DNA of 63,108 nucleotides, filler included, from Pseudomonadota bacterium (GCA_043820105.1; 9 parts of 9 records of this genome joined end to end with filler, not necessarily neighbours in it); one strand, 5' to 3'. Positions 1-9,538 are shown, counted from the whole stretch's first letter. Notes: a model not told the origin generated them from the sequence alone. Made by a program: numbers and translations.

Positions 1-91
1 AAATTTATTATAAATTTACTTCCCAAATATCCCTTTTATAAATACTTAATTTTGGCTTCCTTCAATATTTTATTATTTTTACTTTGGTAGG

Positions 92-137
92 TGGACCACT
101 TTTGCGTCCGATTACTGGACCAGTTTATCGTCCGATT
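92..137. repeat. Tandem 22-bp direct repeat (24-bp period), each copy a GGAC-N9-GTCC palindrome; putative operator pair
   Basis: tggaccacttttgcgtccgatt (92-113) vs tggaccagtttatcgtccgatt (116-137), 19/22 identical, directly upstream of the Zn-protein/xis/int run. Confidence 0.6.
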
Positions 138-514
138 TGCAGACACTGCTCAAAGCAATTAAATTGCATTGCTATGAATGTAGTGGCTTCAGTAAAAAAG
201 ATGTTCGTGAATGTAATGGTAGGGCTATCATGTATGATAATGCTTGCCCTTTGCTTCCCTATCGAATGGGAAAAGGTCGACCTAATGTCAAAATAACTAA
301 GGACTATTGCAAGGTTTGTGTTAAGAATAGTCATGAAATATTAAGAGAAGGCTCAGCTTGTAGAGATTGCTCATTAAAAGATTTCCGTCTTGGAAAAAAT
401 CCAAACTATAAAAAACATAAAAAAATACCCAATGTGACTAATAATAATTTATCCCAAAACACCCCTCTGACTAGCAAAAAACAATCAATTTTAATGTTTT
501 TAGAGGAGGATTAA
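137..514 (+). CDS. Cys-rich tandem Zn-binding hypothetical protein (mobile-element associated)
   Basis: Two CxxC...C...C units each ending R(M/L)GK; paralogous to 3890..4180; TTG start uncertain. Confidence 0.7.
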   Translation: MQTLLKAIKLHCYECSGFSKKDVRECNGRAIMYDNACPLLPYRMGKGRPNVKITKDYCKVCVKNSHEILREGSACRDCSLKDFRLGKNPNYKKHKKIPNVTNNNLSQNTPLTSKKQSILMFLEED

Positions 515-518
515 TACT

Positions 519-809
519 ATGTATTCAAAAGCAAAAAGATCATTGAAATTTGAACCCAAATTAGTTAGTTTTAATGAGCAAAAAACAAAAAAGTTCTTTG
601 AAATAAAAATAGATTCCTTTCTTACTGTTCCAGAACTAGCGAAATGGTTGAATCTTAAAGAAAGTGCGATTTACAATCTTGTTTATTATAGACGGATTCC
701 TTTTAATAAGATTGGTCGCAGACTAAGGTTTAACAAGAATGAAGTACAACAGTGGTTAGATGCAAGTGGAGGCAAAGGAAATTATGTATATCAGAAAGAT
801 TCCTACTAA
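519..809 (+). CDS. xis: Excisionase/RDF-like HTH_17 DNA-binding protein
   Basis: FLTVPELAKWLNLKESAIYNLVYYRRIPFNKIGRRLRF motif; GAGGAGG RBS; overlaps integrase start. Confidence 0.85.
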   Translation: MYSKAKRSLKFEPKLVSFNEQKTKKFFEIKIDSFLTVPELAKWLNLKESAIYNLVYYRRIPFNKIGRRLRFNKNEVQQWLDASGGKGNYVYQKDSY

Positions 810-1923
810 GAAAAAAGGTACTATGTACCAATGTGATGTTTGCACTAATCATCAAAGATTTTCAAAAAGATTTTCTAGAAAAGTGGATGCTGAGATGTGG
901 GCTAAGCAACTTGAGTTAAAGAAACATGAAACCGATTTTGGTGAAATAAAGAATAAGAAAATGACTTTTCATGAAATTGCATCAAAATGGATAGCAAAGC
1001 ATGCTGAAATGAAAAAAGCAAAAAGCAGCGTGATCAAAGACAAGCAAATATTAAGGCAATATTTATTTCCCAGATTTGGCAAATTTGATTTTAGAAGCAT
1101 AAGTCCTGAAATGATTGATGATCATATTGTTTATATTAAAGAGATCATACAGCTATCTAATTCCTCAGTTAATCAGCATCTAGCACTTATGAAAACTATT
1201 TTTAATTACGCTATCAAAAGGCGTTATGCTAGATATAATCCCGTTATGGCAGTTGATATGTTGCCTTTAAATCAAAAGGAAGTTGAATGGTGGACCTTAA
1301 AAGATGTTGAAAAGTTTTTGAATTATCAAAAAGATAAGAAGCACTACTTGAGATATTTAGTTGGTGTTAATACTGGACTTAGACCTGGAGAATTGTTTGC
1401 TCTGAAGTGGAGTGCAATTGATTTTAGTAATAGATTGATTTCAATTAAGCGAACATACGAACACAGTACAAACTCCATTAAAGAAACAACAAAAGGTAAA
1501 AAGATTAGACACATTGGGATTAATGAAAGCATTTTCGAACCACTTTTAGAGGCTTTTAAAGCTAATGGAAACAAATATGAACTTGTCTTTGGGAATGAGC
1601 TAGATAGAGCAATTTCACAGACCTCCTTTCTTCAACAATGTTTTTACAAAGACACTATGCGAATTGGTATGAAGAAAATCACTTTTCATGCTTTTTGTAG
1701 ACATACATTTGCTACTAACTATATCATTAATGGAGGTCGAATTGAGGATTTACAAAATATTCTAGGGCACTCTGATTTAAAGACAACTATGAAGTACATT
1801 CATCTTTCAAAAAACTATCTAAGAGACAAGATGGATGTTGTTAATTTTTCACCTACCGAAGATATCCAGTCACAAAATATCATAAATTTAGAAGATGTAA
1901 GAAAGGTAAATCAAGGACTGTAA
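784..1923 (+). CDS. int: Tyrosine integrase (phage/island type)
   Basis: NTGLRPGE, HAFCRHTFAT, LGHS, TMKY catalytic motifs; likely start ATG 784 after AAAGGA, matching the paralogue start MYIR. Confidence 0.93.
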   Translation: MYIRKIPTKKKGTMYQCDVCTNHQRFSKRFSRKVDAEMWAKQLELKKHETDFGEIKNKKMTFHEIASKWIAKHAEMKKAKSSVIKDKQILRQYLFPRFGKFDFRSISPEMIDDHIVYIKEIIQLSNSSVNQHLALMKTIFNYAIKRRYARYNPVMAVDMLPLNQKEVEWWTLKDVEKFLNYQKDKKHYLRYLVGVNTGLRPGELFALKWSAIDFSNRLISIKRTYEHSTNSIKETTKGKKIRHIGINESIFEPLLEAFKANGNKYELVFGNELDRAISQTSFLQQCFYKDTMRIGMKKITFHAFCRHTFATNYIINGGRIEDLQNILGHSDLKTTMKYIHLSKNYLRDKMDVVNFSPTEDIQSQNIINLEDVRKVNQGL

Positions 1924-1930
1924 TGTGAAA

Positions 1931-1993
1931 AATTACGAGTTTTTTACGAGTAAAATCGTAAATAAATCCTTGGTCTCGCTTAAGGTATTGAAA
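1931..1993. promoter_or_regulatory. Putative att arm: TTACGAGT direct repeats plus IHF-like site
   Basis: TTACGAGT at 1933 and 1944 (11-bp period); TTTCAATACCTTA on minus strand 1981-1993, one mismatch to WATCAANNNNTTR; lies between int stop and tRNA 3' end. Confidence 0.55.
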
Positions 1994-2000
1994 TCATTCA

Positions 2001-2072
2001 TGCCCCCAATAGGAATCGAACCTATAGCTGAGGATTAGGAATCCACTGTTTTATCCATTAAACTATGGGGGC
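2001..2072 (-). tRNA. tRNA-Arg(CCT), CCA not encoded
   Basis: GCCCCCA/TGGGGGC acceptor stem, TAGTTTAATGGATAAAAC D arm, GTGGA-TTCCTAA-TCCTC anticodon arm (one T:T mismatch), ATAGG-TTCGATT-CCTAT T arm. Confidence 0.93.
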
Positions 2073-2091
2073 ATTTAAATTTTCGAAAATT

Positions 2092-2126
2092 TATAATCAC
2101 AATTGTTATAAGATTTCAACAAATTA
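2092..2126 (-). promoter_or_regulatory. Putative sigma70 promoter for tRNA-Arg overlapping an IHF-like site
   Basis: Minus strand TTGAAA-N18-TATAAA upstream of 2072; plus strand TTTCAACAAATTA at 2114-2126. Confidence 0.4.
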
Positions 2127-2241
2127 ATTGGGTTTGTTTGCAGCTGCATTAAGACGGAGGATTTCATTTCGTATTTTTAACGAAAAAATGCCGAAAATAA
2201 TAATTCGTTTTTTAGTTATGGCGAAGGATTTTTTGATTTTA

Positions 2242-3375
2242 TTAAATCTGTGATTCTTTTTTAAAGTTGATAGGTATAACATTTTCATCAAACTTCTCTG
2301 GATCTTTTCCAAACTTTACCACATTCATCTTAGAGACAAGGTAATTTTTTTCCAAATGAATATATATTTTTGTCGTTGTTAATTCATGATGGCCAAGAAT
2401 CATTTGAAGATCACTGATATTACCTCCTTCTATAATGTAGTTTGTAGCAAATGTATGGCGGAGATCATGAAAGCAGATCTTTTTAACATTAGCTTTTTCA
2501 ATATCTTTGGTAAATATTTTTTGTGTAAATGTACTCGGAGAAGGAACCCTATCATTTTTATTGCCAAAGACTAATTCTTTTTTCCCAGCGTTTTGATTGT
2601 TAGCTTCTAGTAAAAGGTTATAAATCTCATTGTTAATACCAATGTAACGAATTTTGTGACTCTTGGTTGTATCTTTAATGGAATTTGTACATTGCTGAAA
2701 AGTTCTACAAACAGTTATTATATTGTTCTCAAAATCAATGGTATCCCATTTGAGTGCTAGCAATTCACCTTCTCGCATTCCGGTATTCAGCGCGACCATG
2801 TAAAGTAAAAAGTAATTTGAGTTTCTATTTGCTTCCAGAAATCTGTTTGCTTCGTCAATCTGCCAATAATCAATCTTTTTAGGTTCAACTCTTAGTAAAT
2901 CAACTGAAGTGACAGGATTGTATTTAACATATTTTTTCCGGTTTAAAGCGTAATTAAATATGGTTTTCATGATCGCCAAATGTTGATTTATAGAGGCATT
3001 AGATAGATTAGTATTCTTTTGTAGAATTACTACGTAATCATCAATCATTTCAGAAGTGATTTTACAAACATTAAATTCTCCAAATTCTGGTAAAATATAC
3101 TGTCTAAGCATTTGCTTATCTTTTCTTACACTGCTTTCAGACTTTTTAACTTCTGCATGTTTTGTGATCCATTGATCAGCCAATTCTATAAATTTGAGTT
3201 TTTTACCTAATTCGTACGAATTTTCATAATCTTCATTTTCTTTAGCTAATTTAGCTGCCCAAATAAAAATATCAGCTTTTCTTCGAAATGTATTACAATG
3301 TTTTTTATGGTTTAAGCAAAGTTCTACTTGAAACACTTTTCCAAATTTCTTTGTCATCCGTTCTCTAATATACAT
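2242..3375 (-). CDS. int: Tyrosine integrase (phage/island type), paralogue of 784..1923
   Basis: NTGMREGE, HDLRHTFAT, LGHH, TKIY motifs; shared KDKQxLRQY and NQHLAxMKTIFNYA segments. Confidence 0.95.
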   Translation of the reverse strand: MYIRERMTKKFGKVFQVELCLNHKKHCNTFRRKADIFIWAAKLAKENEDYENSYELGKKLKFIELADQWITKHAEVKKSESSVRKDKQMLRQYILPEFGEFNVCKITSEMIDDYVVILQKNTNLSNASINQHLAIMKTIFNYALNRKKYVKYNPVTSVDLLRVEPKKIDYWQIDEANRFLEANRNSNYFLLYMVALNTGMREGELLALKWDTIDFENNIITVCRTFQQCTNSIKDTTKSHKIRYIGINNEIYNLLLEANNQNAGKKELVFGNKNDRVPSPSTFTQKIFTKDIEKANVKKICFHDLRHTFATNYIIEGGNISDLQMILGHHELTTTKIYIHLEKNYLVSKMNVVKFGKDPEKFDENVIPINFKKESQI

Positions 3376-3637
3376 AGTACTCTCCTTTATTTGCTTTCAA
3401 CCACTTTTCTATTTCCGTATGACGAAATCTTAGTCTACGTCCTATTTTTAGGAATGGAATTTGCCTGTAATGTACTAAATTATATATCGCTTTCTTGCTA
3501 CAATTCAGCCAATGAGCAAGATCATCCACCGTAAGTAGCTTTTCAGCAGTTATGTCAAAGAGCTTTGTTGTTTTACAATATAGAGGCTTAAACTTTTTTA
3601 TATTAAATTTCAATGATCTTTTTCTAAGTTGATACAT
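3365..3637 (-). CDS. xis: Excisionase/RDF-like HTH_17 protein
   Basis: LLTVDDLAHWLNCSKKAIYNLVHYRQIPFLKIGRRLRF; start ATG 3637 preferred (GGGGG RBS; MYQLRKRSLKF parallels MYSKAKRSLKF) over the ORF-track start 3820. Confidence 0.85.
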   Translation of the reverse strand: MYQLRKRSLKFNIKKFKPLYCKTTKLFDITAEKLLTVDDLAHWLNCSKKAIYNLVHYRQIPFLKIGRRLRFRHTEIEKWLKANKGEYYVY

Positions 3638-3889
3638 AGTATAGTATACCCCCTGGCAAGAACTCACCAATTTCACCTCGTTTTCTTGAGCTACAAGGCC
3701 ATTTTCTACCCTTAAATTCATGGTTCCTGCCCTTATTGTTTCTTTAAAATTATATATAGAAATTATACAGGTCGGTTCTCCTGCTTGTAAAAATGACATT
3801 TTTTTTTCATACATAAGCATTCCCTTTATATAAATATCTTTTAAAGCACCGATATATTATTAAAATAAATATCAATTATTCATGCTTTT

Positions 3890-4180
3890 TTACTTTTTAT
3901 AATTGGAATTTTTACCCATTCGAAATCTCCACAGAGCGCAGTCTTCACTTTGGCATTCCCTTACTGCAGATTTATCGCTGCCCATACAATTGAGACACTC
4001 TTGCCTAACTAGCTTTACAGTGGGTCTTCCCTTGCCCATTCTAAACGGGTGTAAAGGGCATGGGTCAAATGCTGTTTCCCCATCACACTTTTTGACATCA
4101 GATAAATTATCCAAGCCAGTGCATTGTATGCAATGACTTCTTATGGATTTTGATGTAGAACAATTCTTCTTTAATACCAT
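3890..4180 (-). CDS. Cys-rich tandem Zn-binding hypothetical protein
   Basis: HCIQCTG...KCDG...CPLHPFRMGKGRP...ECLNCMG...ECQSEDCALWRFRMGKN; GGGAG RBS. Confidence 0.8.
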   Translation of the reverse strand: MVLKKNCSTSKSIRSHCIQCTGLDNLSDVKKCDGETAFDPCPLHPFRMGKGRPTVKLVRQECLNCMGSDKSAVRECQSEDCALWRFRMGKNSNYKK

Positions 4181-4250
4181 ATTAAACTCCCTTATTATAA
4201 TGAAATATTAATAGTGAGTTTTATTAAGACTTGGTAATAAGAATAACGCC

Positions 4251-4264
4251 GGAGTGATCACTCC
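4251..4264. promoter_or_regulatory. Perfect 14-bp palindrome, possible operator
   Basis: GGAGTGATCACTCC in an AT-rich gap between the HTH regulator and the Zn-protein gene. Confidence 0.35.
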
Positions 4265-4303
4265 TTAAATAGGTAAAAGCTTAGTCTAAAATAAACTAAA
4301 TTT

Positions 4304-4795
4304 TTATGAAATTAAACCTCCTTTCTTAATTGTATCCTTGCTTGATTGAATATACTTCTTTTTAAAAATAATTTTTAAGATCTCATTTGCTAACTTTTTA
4401 TCAGATTCAGCTTGGTGATTATACTCTTTCATTGTTTTAAAAATAATATCATGCCTAGAAATTTTAATCCCTTCCTGATTTTGAGTATTACAAGTACAAT
4501 ACTGAAAATAGTTTTTAATATTTTTATCAGATTTGTCATATAACACTTTGAATATAAGCTTTTTAGGTTCTGTATTCAGTACCTTGGCAATATTGAATGC
4601 TGCAAGTAATGAGGGCAATTTTGAACCCGTCATGATTTTAGTTAAATAACTATTGCTTATATTTGCAAGTTTACTAAACTCTTTAAGATTTTTTGCTCTT
4701 AAATGATTATCAGGATTTGTAATAAATTCACTTACCATATATTTTATCCATATCACGGATTCTTTCATTTCATATCTTTGATTTTCTTTTTTCAC
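4304..4795 (-). CDS. XRE-family HTH transcriptional regulator
   Basis: NLKEFSKLANISNSYLTKIMTGSKLPS HTH pattern; GGAGG RBS; divergent from the primase-helicase. Confidence 0.7.
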   Translation of the reverse strand: MKKENQRYEMKESVIWIKYMVSEFITNPDNHLRAKNLKEFSKLANISNSYLTKIMTGSKLPSLLAAFNIAKVLNTEPKKLIFKVLYDKSDKNIKNYFQYCTCNTQNQEGIKISRHDIIFKTMKEYNHQAESDKKLANEILKIIFKKKYIQSSKDTIKKGGLIS

Positions 4796-5001
4796 CGCAT
4801 AACCTCCTTTTTTAGCCCTGTAATCTTATTATATCAGATAATTTCCAATCCGTCAATAGGCTTTACTGAATTAATTAATATAAATATTAAATATTAGTAA
4901 TAATACAATAATATTAGTGATTATGTGGCAAAGGATAATTTCCTTATTGGAAAAAACTACTGCTTTCGTCCTGAATATGATGTTATTTTAATAAATCTAA
5001 A

Positions 5002-7806
5002 ATGATTTTTTTGCTTAAACTTCAAATTGTATTTTTGTATAAAATATATTATGGTTTTAAATTATTATTTCATTTAGAGAAAAGTTTTTCCATGTCCAAT
5101 AAAAATACTCTTCCCCATAGATTAAAATTGATACCAGAAGATTTAGGTAAAATAAAGCCAGAAGGATATTTTACTGAAATACAAATCAAAAAATATAATA
5201 GGGATAATTATAATATATACTATTTTGTAAATGAGGTTAAAGTCCCGCGAGGAATTAGAAATGCAAAAAATATTTATGTTAAAAAAATAAATGCTTTATT
5301 TGTTGATTGTGACTTAAAAGATTATTTAGAAGATAATAAGGTAAATCAGGAAAAGTATCCAGGAGCAACTCTAGGCAAACTAATTGGGAATGGAAAACAA
5401 TACTATTCAAAAAAAGAATTTTTAGATGAAGTTAGAAAATTTCACCTTCAACCTTCGAAAATTGTCGATTCTGGTTATGGAATCCACATTTATTGGCATT
5501 TAAAAAACACACCTAAATTGTTTCCTGTCGATGATTTTGCTTTTTTTCAACAGGCTCTCGCTAATTATTTCAACACTGATCCCGTAAAAGATCCAGTCAG
5601 AGTAATGCGCTACCCAGGAACTTATAATGTAAAATATAATAGAAATAAATTGGTTAAATATATAAATAAAAATTGTGATGAAAACCTTAGATACTCTTAT
5701 GATGATTTTTATAAAATATTCTATAATGAAATAATTGAATTGCAGAATAGTGCAAAGAAAAGAGGCCGACCCAAGAAACCACTTAAGATAGACAATATAA
5801 CTGTTTCTAGTCAATTGCCAAGGAGTTTTGCAAATATCTTAAAGATTAAACCAAAAATATGGAAATTGTTTAAGTGCATTGGTGATAAGTATGCAAACGA
5901 CACAAGCAAGGCTGACTATGCTCTTTCGTGTAAATTAATAACAAACAGTTTCTGTTACGAGGATATCTATTCAATTTTGGCTAATGCCCCAAAAGTATCT
6001 AATAAAGATAGTCGTTATATTGAGAGCTATATTAATAACACAATAAGCAAGGCAGCTGCAGAAATTGACATAGAGATTCCACTTAAAAAACATGGGGTTA
6101 AGCGCAGAGGAGGGTCCGCTGTTGGCCACAGGGTAAATATAGTAACTACCCCACCTATCCTTCGCTGTGTAATTACACGGCCAAGTAGTAGAAATAAAAG
6201 GAAAAAACTTCATGTAATTTCTGCATTCAGAAAGAGAATCAGCTCTGAAGAACTATACATTATCCTAGATAACTTAATCAATAATCCCAAGCCAGGCGCG
6301 TGTGAAATCATTCCAGAGCATCCGGGAAGCGGAAAATCGGCAGCTATTATTAATCTCTGTCTGCAAATAAGACATCAAAACCGCGGAGCTATTATTGTTA
6401 AGGAAAGAAAGGAAGATCTTTATCTGTTAGAAAAAGACCTCAATAACCAAGATCATGTTTTTTGTCTGGTTGGCCATGGAGATGTAATTTGTGAAAAGAA
6501 AATTCTCAATGCTGACAAATTATATTCTCCTTGCAAGGGTTGCAGTATTAAAAGATGTTCTGCTCATCCAACAAAATTTAAAGAACAATATAAATACCCA
6601 ATTCTTCTTATGACAAAGAAACGATTCCAGATAGAAACTTTTTCTGGTAATGGCATGAAGAATTTTATTAACTATATCTCTGGCGGAACAAAGGGTAAAA
6701 GAGAATTTTTGTTCATTGATGAAAATCCAGATTTAATTGCTAATTCTCATTTTTCACAAGAACAAGTTATTAATTTTTTAAGTAAGCTTGGAGATCTCTT
6801 TCATGGAAAGGAAGAATCAAAGATCCCTACTATATTGAACAGTTTAAATAAGCTTAATAGACATATTGATGAATCAAAAAATACAAATACAGGGGTTATT
6901 GAAATTAATCCTCATGAGTTAGAATTATCTTTTGATAAGAAAGAAAAAGACAAATTAATTGAAAAATACAATAATAAAGCAATCGAACTAATCGATAAAT
7001 TAAATATATTGAATGAACATGGTGGATTACTTTTTTCCAAAATAAGAGAATCAGATAATAAAACAATCAATATAGTTTATCCAGACAAGAGATTTTCTCT
7101 AAATCAAGATGAGCTAACAACCTTGCTGTTTGATGGTACAGCCACTTTGGATCCTTCTTATTTAAAGTATGACATTAATCCTGTTGGAAAAATTAAAAGC
7201 TTTAAAAATCTATATTTCCATATACAAGATAAGCAAGTATGTAAATCGAATCTATCTAATCAAAATACGAAAAATCATTATATACCAAAAATATTAAATG
7301 ATATTCGAGCTATTCAGATGGAACAACCAGACAAGAGATTATTCGTAGTTACTACTGTGTCTGATGGAATTGAGGATGAAATTAAAGAAGAGATTAAGGA
7401 ATTAAACCTGAAAAATATTAGAGTAAATCATTATCAAAACTTAAGAGGATCCAATGAATACAGCAAAAGTACTCTAATTTATTTTACTCATATCAATCAA
7501 AAATCAATCGAATATTATATTAGCTATGCTTCAGCGATTTACGGGAGAAATAATATCTTAAAAGAAGATCTTTCTGGAATTGATAAACAAGGTTCTGGTG
7601 GAAGAAGAGGCTTTAAGTCTAGCAAATTAGAAACTATAAGATGTCAGGAAATAGTTACTGATCTTATCCAATGCATTTTTAGAACAAAGCTACGAGTAAC
7701 AGAGGATGAAGATATTCATGTCTATATTGGAATTGAAGATTTAACAATCTTATATTATTTATTTGAATATTTTGAAGATGCCAAAGTATATTCTTGGCAT
7801 CCATAA
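5002..7806 (+). CDS. RepB/AEP-type primase fused to a divergent SF2-like helicase (element replication protein); true start may be 5092
   Basis: N-terminal ALFVDCD, IVDSGYGIHIYW, DPVRVMRYPGTYN primase motifs; C-terminal PGSGKS, FLFIDENP, FDGTA, LRGSNEY helicase-like motifs; KRGRPKK AT-hook-like linker. Confidence 0.8.
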   Translation: MIFLLKLQIVFLYKIYYGFKLLFHLEKSFSMSNKNTLPHRLKLIPEDLGKIKPEGYFTEIQIKKYNRDNYNIYYFVNEVKVPRGIRNAKNIYVKKINALFVDCDLKDYLEDNKVNQEKYPGATLGKLIGNGKQYYSKKEFLDEVRKFHLQPSKIVDSGYGIHIYWHLKNTPKLFPVDDFAFFQQALANYFNTDPVKDPVRVMRYPGTYNVKYNRNKLVKYINKNCDENLRYSYDDFYKIFYNEIIELQNSAKKRGRPKKPLKIDNITVSSQLPRSFANILKIKPKIWKLFKCIGDKYANDTSKADYALSCKLITNSFCYEDIYSILANAPKVSNKDSRYIESYINNTISKAAAEIDIEIPLKKHGVKRRGGSAVGHRVNIVTTPPILRCVITRPSSRNKRKKLHVISAFRKRISSEELYIILDNLINNPKPGACEIIPEHPGSGKSAAIINLCLQIRHQNRGAIIVKERKEDLYLLEKDLNNQDHVFCLVGHGDVICEKKILNADKLYSPCKGCSIKRCSAHPTKFKEQYKYPILLMTKKRFQIETFSGNGMKNFINYISGGTKGKREFLFIDENPDLIANSHFSQEQVINFLSKLGDLFHGKEESKIPTILNSLNKLNRHIDESKNTNTGVIEINPHELELSFDKKEKDKLIEKYNNKAIELIDKLNILNEHGGLLFSKIRESDNKTINIVYPDKRFSLNQDELTTLLFDGTATLDPSYLKYDINPVGKIKSFKNLYFHIQDKQVCKSNLSNQNTKNHYIPKILNDIRAIQMEQPDKRLFVVTTVSDGIEDEIKEEIKELNLKNIRVNHYQNLRGSNEYSKSTLIYFTHINQKSIEYYISYASAIYGRNNILKEDLSGIDKQGSGGRRGFKSSKLETIRCQEIVTDLIQCIFRTKLRVTEDEDIHVYIGIEDLTILYYLFEYFEDAKVYSWHP

Positions 7807-8178
7807 ATTTATCGCATAGCTTATTATCCTATATAAATGAAAAAATTAACATTTTTAAAATATTTTATTACCTAATTGGTGCATTCATTACATCCCCCCT
7901 TAATATAAATTAATAATTCTCACGTGTTCTAATGATTACAGTATGTTATTCGAAATTAGGTGGTATTTACTAGAGAAATAACTAGGGGGATACACATTTT
8001 TTACTGTTGTGAAATGTGTTTTGGATTAATGGGATTTAATAATTCTAATGAATTTTTTGTCATATACTTTGCCAAATAAAAAATCCTTTACGATTTCATT
8101 CAATATATCAAAAAAAACCAAAATAATAATCTAGTAATTCTACTATATTATAAGATTTCTTTAAAATAATTCACAATA

Positions 8179-8194
8179 TGTGAGCAAGATCACT
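8179..8194. promoter_or_regulatory. CRP/FNR-family-like site
   Basis: TGTGA-N6-TCACT, 9/10 match to the CRP consensus; perfect IHF consensus at 8265-8277 just downstream. Confidence 0.35.
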
Positions 8195-8305
8195 TCCTTT
8201 ATATATATATATTTGCTATACTATGTTGTTAAATCAAAAATATGTGTAATATTATTACAATATCTAACTTGTTGATATCATAGCAGGTTATTGCAGGGGG
8301 GGGAG

Positions 8306-9538
8306 ATGAGACTTTTTAATATATCATTCTTTTTATTATCTTTAATTTATATTTTTTGTTTAGGCTGTTTAGTTGTGGAGGAGCCTAGTAGCACTTCTGG
8401 AAATAATAATCCCAATAACAATACTGATGAATATGATAATGGGGATAATGATCAATATTCACCTGATGTTACGGATGAGGAAGTTAGCGCCAACGATTCA
8501 ACAGATGATTATGAAATTGAATATGAAAGTCAAAATATTCTAACTATCAATAATGATGATTATTCTCTTAATGTTTATATTGAAATTGATGATGTTTTAT
8601 TTGATTTATATTACAAGGAGGGGAATCAATACTATCTCAACATTAATGACAGTTATGGAAATAGTCTTTTTACAATATTATATTACCCATATTCCGAATA
8701 TGAAATCGAATCAGACGATCTTCCTTTAGGTTCAGATTTGCATCCAGAAATACAAATTTATGATTCGACATCGACCTTAATACTCTCAAGTTTATTTGAA
8801 ACTACAAATTATCAAGGAGAAAGTGAAGATAGTTTTACGCTTGAAAGTGGATATATAACAGAAATTTATTTGGAGATAGTTGATAATTCCTCTGATGAGG
8901 AAGAAGAAGAAACAGTTGTCGACATAACTTCCCCAACAATATCAACTATAAATCCAGATGATTCTGACACGGATGTATCGATAAATTCTACTATTACTGT
9001 AACTTTCTCAGAAGCAATAGATTCATCAACCGTATATGCTGTTACTGATAGTACTGATTGTTCTGGTACAGTTCAAATATCATCAGACGATTTTTCAACA
9101 TGTATTCAGATGTCTGATGATCCAACTGTCTCAGATGATGGAACAATTTTTACATTTATTCCAGCAAGTGACTTATCTTATGAAACAACTTATAAGGTTA
9201 AGCTCACAATTTATATAGCAGACGAATCAGGTAATTATCTTGAATCAGAATATATAATGGATAATGGTTTTACAACAGGAGTTGAACCTGATACAACTGC
9301 ACCTGAAACAACGCTAGATTTATATCCATTGGATCCAGATAATAGTGCAACATTTGAATTTAGTTCCAATGAAGTAGGATCAACTTTTGAATGTGCAATT
9401 GATACAGAGGCATATGAATCTTGTACAAGTCCAAAAGAATATACATCATTAGATGATGCCAGTCATACATTCTATGTTAGAGCAATTGATTCATCGAACA
9501 ATACTGATGATTCAGCGGCTTCTTATGTAAGCGGCTAG
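8306..9538 (+). CDS. Acidic secreted/lipoprotein with Ig-like (Big_5/SbsA-type) domains, 3'-truncated by IS66
   Basis: Hydrophobic signal ending LGC; DITSPTISTINPDD...ITVTFSEAID and DTTAPETT...HTFYVRAID Ig repeats; last codons run into an IS66 IR. Confidence 0.75.
   Translation: MRLFNISFFLLSLIYIFCLGCLVVEEPSSTSGNNNPNNNTDEYDNGDNDQYSPDVTDEEVSANDSTDDYEIEYESQNILTINNDDYSLNVYIEIDDVLFDLYYKEGNQYYLNINDSYGNSLFTILYYPYSEYEIESDDLPLGSDLHPEIQIYDSTSTLILSSLFETTNYQGESEDSFTLESGYITEIYLEIVDNSSDEEEEETVVDITSPTISTINPDDSDTDVSINSTITVTFSEAIDSSTVYAVTDSTDCSGTVQISSDDFSTCIQMSDDPTVSDDGTIFTFIPASDLSYETTYKVKLTIYIADESGNYLESEYIMDNGFTTGVEPDTTAPETTLDLYPLDPDNSATFEFSSNEVGSTFECAIDTEAYESCTSPKEYTSLDDASHTFYVRAIDSSNNTDDSAASYVSG

Noticed and set aside
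1687-1704. Left integrase inactive because HxxR reads HAFCR
   Set aside because: A one-residue insertion with all other catalytic residues present is not enough to call inactivation
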